The notes under the pieces were generated by a model that had not been told where the DNA came from, ran no database searches, and saw only the letters and a program-made list of their open reading frames with translations. A DNA stretch of 64,000 bases, taken from an uncultured delta proteobacterium (GTDB lineage Bacteria > Desulfobacterota > Binatia > DP-6). Positions 39,907-49,536 of the stretch are shown here, one piece after another (position 1 is the first letter of the stretch; each line of letters starts with the position of its first letter). Location of the stretch: NCBI GenBank assembly GCA_963815115.1, contig CAWFFN010000009.1:544001-608000 (forward strand). The letters run 5' to 3'. Made by a program: the position numbers and the translations under genes.

Positions 39907-42900
39907 TCACGCGTAGTTGTGCCCCACCGGCATCCGCTCCGGCGCTTCGAGCCTGCGCAGCCGGAGCGCGCGGACGTGCGTGACGCCGTCGCGGTGCTCG
40001 AGCAGGCCCTGCACCTCGAGCAGCGCGGAGGTGTTCAGCAGCACGCGCCAGCGCTCGTAGAGCGGCGGGGTGAGGCAGGCGTTGGCGGTGCCCGTCTCGT
40101 CCTCCAGCGTCAGGAAGCACATGCCCTTCGCGGTGCCCGGTCGCTGGCGGACGATGACGTGGCCGGCCACGCGCACCGCCGAGCCGTCGCGGACGCGCGC
40201 CAGGTCGGCCGCGGCGTGAACGCCGCGCGCGGTCAGCCCGGAGCGAAGGTAGGACATGACGTGCGGACCGACGGTGAGGCTCGTGGTGGTGTAGTCCGCC
40301 GCGGTCTCGTCGTACGGCGTCATGGACGGCAGCGGGCTCTTCACCACGGGCGGCAGCACGCGGGCGAGGAGGCTGGTGGCGTCGCGCTCGACGGCCGCCG
40401 CCTGCCAGAGAGCGTCGCGGCGCGCGAGGCCGAAAGCGGACAGAGCGCCGCAATGGGCGAGCGCTTCGAGCTCGTTCTTGCGCAGCATGCCGCGCTGCGC
40501 GACCTCGGCCACGGACGCGAGTGGCCGCGCGGCCACGAGGCGCTCGCCGCTCTCCTGTCGCAGTCCCATGACGTAGCGCAAGCCGATGCGCACCGCGCCG
40601 TCCTCGATGGTGCACTTCCACGCCGAGCGCGTGACGTCCACCGGCAGGAATCGCACACCGTGACGCTGGCCGTCCTTCACCAGCGTGGCGGGATGGTAGA
40701 ACCCCATCGGGTAGGCGTTGAGCAGCCCGCAGCAGAAGGCGGCGGGATGATGCGCCTTCAGGTACGCCGAGGCGTAGGCGATGAGCGCGAAGCTCGCGGC
40801 GTGGGAGTTGTGGACTACGAAGTCGTTGGCAAGGAAGTTGTGGTCGCCTTCGATCTGGAGGTCGTAGGTCTCGCGAATGCCGACGGGCTCGATGGCCACC
40901 ACCCGGTCCCAGTAAACATCCGACCGTGAGAGACGGGCCAGGTCCGGAGAGTCGAAGTATTCGGCCAGGCGCTCGATGACCCATCGGCGATATCCCCGCT
41001 TCGAGACGTCGGGGGAGGCAGCGGTTCGCGAGGCGAGCCCTGCACCGTGACCGACCTGCGTCCACGTCAAGCACCGGCTCCGGCGCTCGCGATCCACCAG
41101 CGCGTTCACCTCGACGGGGATGACGTCTCGTGAAGCACGAACCGACCCCATCGATGCCGCCAACGTTTCGATCATCCTGCGCTTCTGCGGGCTGAGGAAA
41201 TGGCATCCGACATGGTGATGGAACCGGCGGAGGTTTTCTCTGCCGGTGATCGTCACGGTGAAGGCGGTCACCGTTCGCTCGCGATACGGACGCGTGCGTT
41301 CGTACACACGCGACACGATGCCGAGTCGCAGCAGCGCGTGCTGCACGTCTTCGGCCAGCCGGCGTGATGCGGTGTCGTACGATGCATGGGCGGTGTTCGA
41401 GATATGACCATCGCCATCCCACAGCCTTGCGAGCAGCAGACCGAGACAGGCCACGTCGAGCTCGAACACCGCGTCGGGGAGATGCTTCGCGTGTGAATCG
41501 AGGCCCCACAGGCCGAGTCGTCTCACCCATTCCACCGCTCCAATCGGTCGCGAGGGATCCCGGCGACGGACGTGTACGCTGTAGCAGCTTCGATGGCGGC
41601 GGATGGTCGCTCGGGTGTTGTCGAATCGCTGGACGGCCCCGACGAACTCGTCGCGGTGCTGCACATCGGTCGTGTAGAAGTAAAACGTGCTGGGGTGGCA
41701 CAGGTTCCCTTCCGCGACGAGTCCGGCGAGCACGATCAGCTCATGCCGATGCCATCGCGTACGTCCCAACGGTGGCAGCGACCGTGCCGCGGCCACATGA
41801 TCGCCCGCGCCGAGCTCGCCGAGCTTGCGCCATCCCGTGACGGTGAGAAACGGGTGTTCGGCGGTGGCCGTGATCCGACGGCCGAGGCAGGTGCGCAGCC
41901 GGTAGACCATCTTGCATCCGCTGGCGATCGCCCTGACCACGCGGCGTCGTTGCAGGCGGAGGTCCGCGTCGCAGGCGAGCGTGGTGGCGACCGGCACGCG
42001 ACCCGTCGCGATGTCCTCGATCGCGACGGAGCGGCCGGTATCAGCGTCGATCACGCGTGTCTCGCCCCCGATGCACTCCGGGAAGCCGTAGAGCGCGAAG
42101 GAGGTGATCGACTGCACGATCTCGTCCTGCGCCGCGCCGGTGATGCCGCGGGCCGCCATGCCGTCGCGCAGGCGCTCCTCGATCTCGCGCATGCGCGCCA
42201 CCGAGCGCTTGAAGCCCATGGCGCGGCGCAGCTCCTCGGCCTCGCCGCCGGTGAAGCCGGCGACCGCCATCGCCATGCGCAGCAGCTGCTCCTGGAAGAG
42301 CGGCACGCCGAGCGTGCGCTGCAGGATCGGCTCGAGCTAGGGGTGCGCGTAGCTGACCGGCTCGCGGCCTCGTGCGCCGCCGGAGGTAGGGATGCACCAT
42401 CTGCCCGACGATCGGTCCGGGGCGGATGATCGCCACCTCGACGACGAGATCGTAGAAGCGCTCCGGCCGCATGCGCGGCAGGGTCGCCATCTGCGCGCGG
42501 CTCTCGACCTGGAAGACGCCGATGGTGTCGGCGGCGCGCAGCATGCCGTAGGTCGTGGGATCGTCGGGCGGCAGGTGCGCGAGGTCGAGCGCGACGCCCT
42601 CGTGCTCGCGTATCAGCGGGATGGCCTCCTCGAGCACCGCCATCATGCCGAGGCCGAGCAGGTCGACCTTGATGATGCCGAGATCGGCGCAGTCGTCCTT
42701 GTCCCACTGCACGACGACGCGCCCGGGCATCGCGGCGGGCTCGAGCGGCACCACCTCGTCGAGCCGGCCGGCGGCGATCACCATGCCGCCGGAGTGCTGG
42801 CCGAGGTGGCGCGGCAGGTTCTGGATCTGCTGCGACCAGATCGACCAGCAGCGCGACGCGCGGCGACCCGGGGTCGACGCCGCCGTTGCGCAGCTGCGCC

Positions 42901-44260
42901 GCGAGCTCGTCGTGGTCGTCGCGACCAGCCGATGCGCGCGCAGCAGCTTGGCGAGCCGGTCGACCTGCGCAAGCGAGAAGCCGAGCACCTTGCCGACCTC
43001 GCGCACGGCGCTGCGCGTGCGGTAGGTGATGACGTTGGCGGTCATCGCCGCGCCGCGCTCGCCGTAGCGCTGGTAGACGTACTGGATGACCTCCTCGCGC
43101 TGGTCGCCGCTCGGCAGGTCGATGTCGATGTCGGGCCACTCGCCGCGCTCCTCGGAGAGGAAGCGCTCGAAGAGCAGCTCCATGCCGACGGCGTCGACGG
43201 CGGTGATGCCGAGCGCGTAGCAGACCGGCGAGTTGGCGGCCGAGCCGCGGCCCTGGCAGAGGATGCCGCGCTCGCGCGCAGAAGCGCACGATGTCCCAGA
43301 CGATGAGGAAGTAGCCGGCGAGGTCGAGCTTGCCGATGAGCGCGAGCTCGTGCTCGAGCTGGGCGCGGATGCGCGGCGTGATCGTGCCGTAGCGCCCGCG
43401 CGCGCCGGCGTCGGTGAGGGCGCGCAGGAAGCCGTTCGGCGTCTCGCCCGGCGGCAGCGGGTAGTCGGGGAAGCGGTAGCCGAGGTCGGCGAGCGTGAAG
43501 GCGCAGCGCTCGGCGATGCGGCGGCTCGGTGCACGGCGGCCGGGCAGTCGCGGAACAGCGCCGCCATCTCGGCGGGCGACTTGAGATGGCGCTCGGCGTT
43601 GGCGAGCAGGCGCCGCCCGGCCGCGTCGAGCGTGGTGCCGTGGCGGATGCAGGTGAGCACGTCGAGCAGCGGCCGGCCGGCGGGCGTGGCGTGGCGCACG
43701 TCGTTGGTGGCGACGACGGGCACGCCGCGCGCGGCGGCGAGATCGGCGAGGCGGCGGGCGAGCCGCTCCCCGGCGCGCTCGAGATGGCGGTGCACGTCGA
43801 CGGCGAGACGATCGCGGAAGATGCCCTGCAGCCGATCGAGGTGGAGGGCCGCCTGCGCTCCCACCAGCGGCCCCTCCGCGCCGCCGGCGAGGCAGTGCAG
43901 CCCGGCGGCATGCTCCTCGAGCTGCTCCCAGGTCGCCAGGGCATCGCCCTTGGGACGGCCCGCCGCCGCGGCGGTGAGCAGGCGGCAGAGATTCGCGTAG
44001 CCGGTGCGGTCCTCGACCAAGAGGGCCAGGATGCCCGCATCCGCGACGATGACCTCCGCTCCCACCAGGGCGCGCACGCCGGCACGGCGCGCGGCGGTGA
44101 AGAAGCGCGGCGCTCCGTAGACGCCGTGACGATCGCTCAGGGCGAGGGCGTCGTGGCCGAGTGCCGCCGCCCGCTCGATCAGATCCTCCGGCAGGGAGGC
44201 GCCGCGCAGGAAGCTGAAGGCGCTCCGGCAGCGCAGCTCGACGTAGCCGGCGGAGGACAT
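39907..44260 (-). pseudogene. dnaE2: Error-prone DNA polymerase DnaE2 (ImuC), intein-containing; interrupted in this sequence by ~5 frameshifts and one TAG (real or assembly artefact)
   Basis: YVELRCRSAFSFLRGAS (PHP), GRGSAANS, PDIDID, PRHLGQHSGG, WDKDD, FQVESRAQ, YGFPE-SHAASFA, RQRPGTAKG, FLTLEDETG. Segments alternate between ORFs 42041-44260, 42051-44294 and 39907-42306. Confidence 0.9.
40807..42075 (-). mobile_element. Intein (423 aa) with LAGLIDADG homing endonuclease in dnaE2
   Basis: Begins CIGGETRV after YGFPE; block B TAEHPFLT; VLAGLVAEG and LARLWDGDG motifs; ends TYDLQIEGDHNFLANDFVVHN then Ser+1; visibly lower GC than the exteins. Confidence 0.95.
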
Positions 44261-44261
44261 C

Positions 44262-44299
44262 TTCGCCTTTGTTTCGCCTCATGGCGACACTCACGTCAA
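44262..44299 (-). promoter_or_regulatory. Shared damage-response-type element upstream of dnaE2
   Basis: Minus strand TTGACG-N17-CGAAAC; plus strand TTCG-N7-TTCG at 44262-44276; the same pattern precedes imuA. Confidence 0.6.
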
Positions 44300-44319
44300 G
44301 ACCCCGTCCCGTCCCCGCC

Positions 44320-44748
44320 TCAGCCCTGGGACCAGGCCGTCGTGACGTGCTCGATCCACCACGCCGGCGCGGCCGACAGCAGCGTGTCGATGTTGCTGTA
44401 GTCGCTCCAGCGCGCGATCTTCCCGCCGGCGATCTCCTGCACCGAGACGAACGGCAGCGCGACGACGTGGTCGTCCGCGAAGCACCAGTCCTCGGTGTGC
44501 TCGGTGACCACCGTCGTCTCGTCGGCGACCATGCGGTGGAGATGGTGCACGTGCCGCGGCACGCGCCCGAGGCCGATCTCGAGCTTGCGCACGATGGCTG
44601 CCGGGCCGGCGACCCGGGCCGCGGGAATGGGCACGTCGTCGTACACCGCGTTCTCGGTGAAGTAGGCCCCGAGCCTGGCGAACTCGTGGGCGTAGAGATC
44701 GTCCCAGAAGCGGCGGACGAGCGCGAGGTTGCTCTCGATGGCCGACAC
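44320..44748 (-). CDS. Limonene-1,2-epoxide hydrolase / SnoaL-like (NTF2 fold) protein
   Basis: NLALVRRFW, FTENAVYDDVP, GPAAI, VVTEHTEDW, GGKIARWSDY. Confidence 0.82.
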   Translation of the reverse strand: MSAIESNLALVRRFWDDLYAHEFARLGAYFTENAVYDDVPIPAARVAGPAAIVRKLEIGLGRVPRHVHHLHRMVADETTVVTEHTEDWCFADDHVVALPFVSVQEIAGGKIARWSDYSNIDTLLSAAPAWWIEHVTTAWSQG

Positions 44749-44763
44749 GACGACGACCGTCGC

Positions 44764-45507
44764 TCAGATCAGCGCGAGCCGCGTGCCCGCGATCACCACC
44801 GCGTCCTCCGCGACGGGGAGGCCGCGGGAGCGCGCGGAGGCGAGCACGCGCGCCCGGTCCGCGACGCGCAGGTCGTAGCCGCGGACGTGCGCCGCGCGCT
44901 CGTCCGCACCGCGCACGAAGCGGAGCACGCCTGGTGCGAGCGCGATCTCGAGGCGCTCCGGCGACCGCCGCGTCACGGGAAGGTCGAGGACGCGCGACCA
45001 TCGCGCTGCCAGCGCCTCCGGATCGGGAGCGGCCAGCTCGACGCCGGCGACCGTCCGTGCGACCTCTTCGCGGACGTGCCGCTCCCACCCCGGGCCTGCC
45101 CAGCGCCACGACGCTGCGGGTCGGGCGTCGTCGATGGACAGGATGGCCCCGCCGACGTCGGCCGGATGCAGGTGCGTGCCGCGGATGTCGTCCAGGTCCG
45201 CCTTCCAGACGACACGGACCCCGAGCGCCTCCAGGCGCCGGCGGTCCTCGTCGAGCCGCTCGGACTGGAGGATGACCATGTAGCCGCCGTCGCCGTTGCG
45301 ATCGAGGAAGCGGCGCGCGGGCGCCGTGGCGGCGACGGGCGAGACCACCTCCAGGAAGGTGTCGCCGACGGGCATGACGGCGTTCACCAGCCCGAACTCC
45401 GCCACCGCGGGATCGCGGAACGAGACCTCGAGCCCGAACACGGCCGTGACATGCGCGACCGTCTCCTCGAGGTCGCGCGCGGCGATCACCACCTGACGGA
45501 GGCGCAT
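44764..45507 (-). CDS. VOC / glyoxalase-like protein
   Basis: MRLRQVVIAARDL, FGLVNAV..VGDTFLEVVSP, GDGGYMVILQ, HLHPADVGGAILSID; start re-called at ATG 45507. Confidence 0.8.
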   Translation of the reverse strand: MRLRQVVIAARDLEETVAHVTAVFGLEVSFRDPAVAEFGLVNAVMPVGDTFLEVVSPVAATAPARRFLDRNGDGGYMVILQSERLDEDRRRLEALGVRVVWKADLDDIRGTHLHPADVGGAILSIDDARPAASWRWAGPGWERHVREEVARTVAGVELAAPDPEALAARWSRVLDLPVTRRSPERLEIALAPGVLRFVRGADERAAHVRGYDLRVADRARVLASARSRGLPVAEDAVVIAGTRLALI

Positions 45508-45597
45508 GCGGGCGAAGTTCGACCGTCGCGCCGCCGGAGTCAAGCCGCCGCTCCTTGACGGTGGGAGGGGCGGGTCACTAATGGCTGGCGCGCCGGG

Positions 45598-47205
45598 ATG
45601 AACGATCGAGCGGAGCGCAGGCGGCTGCTCGCCGCGTGGGGCATCGTCGTGCTCGCGGGCATCGGCCACCGGGCGACCCTCTTCCTGCTGCACCGCGCCG
45701 ACCTCGATGCCCTCATCGACGCCAATGCGGCGTGGTACACGTTCCAGCACCTGCCCAGGGAGATGCTGCGCGATCATCTCTTCCGCTCGCTCCTGATCCT
45801 CCAGCAGACGCCGCCAGCTTCGAACCTGCTCCTGGGCATCGCCCTCAAGTGGTGCTCCTGGCCGGTCGGCGTCGCCTACGCGATGATCTGGCTGCAGACG
45901 ATCCTGACCATCCTCACGGCGGTGGTCCTCGTGCACGTCGTGTCGGTGCTCTACCCCGGACGGGTCGTGCTCTGGACCGCGATCGGTCTCCTCTTCGTGC
46001 TCGACACCGGCCTCGTCGTCCTCGAGTACACCAGCATGGGGCAGACCATCTACGGGCCGCTCGCGATGCTGCTCGTGCTCGCCACCGTGGACCGGCTCGT
46101 CGTCCTGCGGCGCTCGGACCGGGTGCGGGATGCCGTCGCAGCCGGCATCGCCACCGGGCTGCTGTCACTCTCGCGCGCCCCGTGGTCGCTCTTCCCGCTG
46201 CCGTGCCTGGTGCTGGTGTCGGTGCTGGCCCGGACGCGGAAGCTCCGGGCCACGCTCGCGTGTCTGCTCCCGATCGTGATCCTGCAGGGTGGCTGGGCGC
46301 TCAAGAACTACGAGGTGTATGGCACCTTCTCGCCGATGACGGGCACGTGGGGGGGCATGCACGCGGCCGTCGGTCTCGGCAGCGCGGGCCTCGGTGAGGA
46401 GTACGACCGGTTTCTCCAGCAGCGGGTGGCGGCGCACGACGGGCATCCGGAATGGGTGCTCGCCTTCCTGGCGGGCGATCCCGCCGTCCTGGATCGCCTG
46501 CCGCCGGAGATTCACCAGCGCGACCTGGCGGTCGAGCGTACGATCGGGCTGACGAACCCGACGTGGAACACGCTGGGGTTCCGGACCCTGTGGGCGGAGG
46601 GTGAGCGCCTCTTCCTGGTCTTCGCGTGGCAGCATCCGCGCGACATGCTGGCGAAGTGGATGCGCGCCTACGACATCTTCTGGCAGCCCATGGAGAACTA
46701 CGGGCGCCTGTTCGTCACGCTCTTCGCGGTCGGCAACCACGTCGGCAGCGGCTTCGATTTCGCCGGCATCGTTCGCCAGATCGGCGCCGGGACGCTGCCC
46801 GAGACGCAGTACGTCATGAGCGGGACGCATCGCTTCATGACGGAACGGAAGGCGCCTCGCCGCTTCACCCCGACCACGATGTTCACGCTGCGCTGGCTCG
46901 ATCCGTTCGTGCTGATGCTCAACGTGCTCGGCGTGCACGTGCTGCTGCCCCTGGTGGCAGCGGTCGCGCTCGCGCGCCGGGGGGAGCCCGCCACTCCCGG
47001 GTTCGATCCGCTCCGCATGGCGGCGCTGCTGGTCGCCGCGACCGTCTATGGGTATCTTGCCGTTCTCGTGAACCTCGTCGAGACCCTCGAGAACATGCGC
47101 TACCGCCAGGAGGTCGAGCCCGTCGTGTGGCTGATCACACTGATCTCGCTCACCACGCTGGGCGGGTTCGTGCGCGGAGTGGCCCGACGTCGTCTGGCGA
47201 CGTGA
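45598..47205 (+). CDS. Polytopic membrane protein, GT-C (ArnT/PMT)-like, paralog 1
   Basis: About 10 TM segments, QQTPP loop, large periplasmic insert, C-terminal ENMRYR.EVEP. Confidence 0.7.
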   Translation: MNDRAERRRLLAAWGIVVLAGIGHRATLFLLHRADLDALIDANAAWYTFQHLPREMLRDHLFRSLLILQQTPPASNLLLGIALKWCSWPVGVAYAMIWLQTILTILTAVVLVHVVSVLYPGRVVLWTAIGLLFVLDTGLVVLEYTSMGQTIYGPLAMLLVLATVDRLVVLRRSDRVRDAVAAGIATGLLSLSRAPWSLFPLPCLVLVSVLARTRKLRATLACLLPIVILQGGWALKNYEVYGTFSPMTGTWGGMHAAVGLGSAGLGEEYDRFLQQRVAAHDGHPEWVLAFLAGDPAVLDRLPPEIHQRDLAVERTIGLTNPTWNTLGFRTLWAEGERLFLVFAWQHPRDMLAKWMRAYDIFWQPMENYGRLFVTLFAVGNHVGSGFDFAGIVRQIGAGTLPETQYVMSGTHRFMTERKAPRRFTPTTMFTLRWLDPFVLMLNVLGVHVLLPLVAAVALARRGEPATPGFDPLRMAALLVAATVYGYLAVLVNLVETLENMRYRQEVEPVVWLITLISLTTLGGFVRGVARRRLAT

Positions 47206-48809
47206 TGAGCGCCGGCGCCGAGCGCCGCCGGCTGCACGTCGCGTGGGCCGTCGTGGTGCTCGTGGCGCTGGCGCACCGCGCCGCGCTCTTCCTGCTCCAC
47301 CGCGCCGACCTCGCCGCGTTCGTCGACGCCAACGCGAGCTGGTACAGCTACCAGAACCTGCCGCGGGAGATGCTGCGCGACCACCTCCTGCGCTCGTTGC
47401 TCTACCTGCAGCAGACCCCCCCCGCCTCGAACCTCTCCATGGGGCTCGCGCTCAAGTGGTTCTCGTGGCCCGTGGGCGTCGCCCACGCCCTCATCTGCCT
47501 GCAGACCGCGGTGTGCATCCTGGGGGCGGTGGTCCTGATGCACGTGCTGGCCTTGCTCTATCCGGGGCGCGCGATCCTGTGGACGGCCGTCGGCCTCCTC
47601 TTCCTGCTCAACACCGACCTGGTGGTGCTCGAGTACAACAGCATGGGGCAGACCCTGTACGGGCCGCTCGCGATGCTGCTGCTGCTCGTCATCCTCGACC
47701 GCCTCCTGGTCCTGCGACTCGCGGGTCGGCTGCGCGACGCGGCGGCCGCCGGTCTGGCGATGGGATTGCTCGTGCTGACGCGCGCGACCTGGGCGTTCTT
47801 CTCCGTCGTGTGTCTGCTCCTGGTGGCCGCGTTCGCGCCCAGACTGCGCGGCCGCGCCGCGTTCGCCTGTCTGCTGCCGATCGCCCTTCTTCAGGGCGGC
47901 TGGGCGGTCAAGAACTGGCAGGTGTGGGGCGCCTTCTCGCTCACCCCCACCACCTGGGGCGGCATGCACGCCATGGTCGGGCTGAAGAACGGCGGCGTCT
48001 GGAACGAGTTCGAGAGCTACCAGCGCGAGCACGTCACGCTGGAGCGGGGCTACCCCGCCTGGAAGGTCGCCGCTGCGCTCGGCGATCCGCTCGCGATGTT
48101 CGCCTTCCCGCGCGAGATCTCGGAACGCGACGCGGCCATCACGCAGGCGATGGGGATGGACAATCCGCTCACCAACAGCCTCGCCTTCCGGACCACTTGC
48201 GCCGAGGATCAGCGTGCCTTCCTCGACTTCGTGCGGGCGAATCCCGGCACCATGGCCCGCAAGTGGCTGCGCGCCTACGTCGTCTTCTGGCAGCCGATGG
48301 CGAACTACGGACAGGCGTTCGTCGACCTGTTCGCGGTCGGCAACCATCTGCGCGACAGCTTCGACCTGCGCGGCGTCGTGGCGCAGCTCCGCGCCGGGAC
48401 CCTGCCCGACACGCAGTACGTCGCGAGCGGATCGCGCGGCGTGGCGGTCGAGCGCAAGGGGAAATTCACCCTGACGCCGACCACGCTCTACACCTTCCGC
48501 TGGCTCGAGCCGTTCGTGCTCGTGCTCAACCTGGTCGCGATTCACCTGCTCCTGCCGCTCGTCGCGCTGCTCTGGCTGGCGCGGCGCGCGCGTTCCGCCT
48601 TCGATCCTCTCCGCATGAGCGCGCTCCTGGTCGCGGCGACCTGCTATGCCTACCTCGCCGCGCTGGTGAACTTCGTCGAGACGCTGGAGAACATGCGGTA
48701 CCGTCTCGAGGTCGAGCCCCTGGTCTGGCTCATCACGCTGATCTGCGTGACCGAGCTGGCGTCCCTGGTCCGCCCGCGGACCGCGGCCGTCAGCGTGTCC
48801 GCTCGATGA
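47205..48809 (+). CDS. Polytopic membrane protein, GT-C-like, paralog 2
   Basis: TGATG coupling to paralog 1; near-identical LFLLHRADL, QQTPPASNL, LQGGWA.KN, FWQP..NYG, FDPLRM, ENMRYR blocks. Confidence 0.7.
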   Translation: MSAGAERRRLHVAWAVVVLVALAHRAALFLLHRADLAAFVDANASWYSYQNLPREMLRDHLLRSLLYLQQTPPASNLSMGLALKWFSWPVGVAHALICLQTAVCILGAVVLMHVLALLYPGRAILWTAVGLLFLLNTDLVVLEYNSMGQTLYGPLAMLLLLVILDRLLVLRLAGRLRDAAAAGLAMGLLVLTRATWAFFSVVCLLLVAAFAPRLRGRAAFACLLPIALLQGGWAVKNWQVWGAFSLTPTTWGGMHAMVGLKNGGVWNEFESYQREHVTLERGYPAWKVAAALGDPLAMFAFPREISERDAAITQAMGMDNPLTNSLAFRTTCAEDQRAFLDFVRANPGTMARKWLRAYVVFWQPMANYGQAFVDLFAVGNHLRDSFDLRGVVAQLRAGTLPDTQYVASGSRGVAVERKGKFTLTPTTLYTFRWLEPFVLVLNLVAIHLLLPLVALLWLARRARSAFDPLRMSALLVAATCYAYLAALVNFVETLENMRYRLEVEPLVWLITLICVTELASLVRPRTAAVSVSAR

Positions 48810-49536
48810 CGAGCACGCAGCGCAGCGCGGTCAGACGCGGCGCCGCCGAGAGCAGGCGGTCGAGGCGTTCCGCGGCGGGAAGCAACGATCCCGGCAGCAG
48901 CCCGGCAGGCTGAAACCCACCGCTGAGCAGCCAGGGCAGCGCGGCGAACGGCTCGCGCCGCACCACGCGCAGCGGAAGGCCGAGGCGATCGAGCACCCCG
49001 CGCGCTCCGAAGTAGAGAAAGGGAAGCGCGGCGTTGCCCTCCATGGCCCCCTTGCGATCCTCGCCCCACGGCATGCGCGGATCGACGCCCAGGTCGCAGT
49101 CCTCGTGGTGGATCCAGCGGTAGAAGAGCCGGCCCGCGAGTCCGACCCACGGCTCGATCATCACCACGCGCCCGCCCGGACGCAGCACGCGTGCCGCCTC
49201 TGCCAGGAACGCCTCCGGTCGGGGCAGATGGTGGAAGACGTCGAGGAGCACGATGCTGCCCACGCGTGCCGCGCCGAACGGCAGCGCGGCGGCTTCGACG
49301 ACCGCGTCCGCGTGCGGGTTGGCGATCGCATCGGTCGCGATCACGTCGGGGTGGCGCTCCTTGAAGAACCCCGGGCCGCAGCCCAGCTCCACGATCGGAG
49401 GCGAGCTCGCGCAGGCTGCGTGGAGCGCTCCGAACCAGCGATCGTACACGCCGCGCAGGGCCGGCTTGCGCGCCCAGGCCGCGCGATGGGCGGCGATCCA
49501 GTCGTCGGACGGCGCCGTCGGACGCACCGCGCTCAC
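48790..49536 (-). CDS. Class I SAM-dependent methyltransferase
   Basis: VELGCGPG, A..LPF, DVFHH, RVLRPGG; GTGA overlap with the upstream GT2 gene. Confidence 0.85.
   Translation of the reverse strand: MSAVRPTAPSDDWIAAHRAAWARKPALRGVYDRWFGALHAACASSPPIVELGCGPGFFKERHPDVIATDAIANPHADAVVEAAALPFGAARVGSIVLLDVFHHLPRPEAFLAEAARVLRPGGRVVMIEPWVGLAGRLFYRWIHHEDCDLGVDPRMPWGEDRKGAMEGNAALPFLYFGARGVLDRLGLPLRVVRREPFAALPWLLSGGFQPAGLLPGSLLPAAERLDRLLSAAPRLTALRCVLVIERTR

Noticed and set aside
42330-43535. Programmed frameshifting or recoding of dnaE2
   Set aside because: Too many events in both directions, no slippery heptamers, plus an in-frame TAG.
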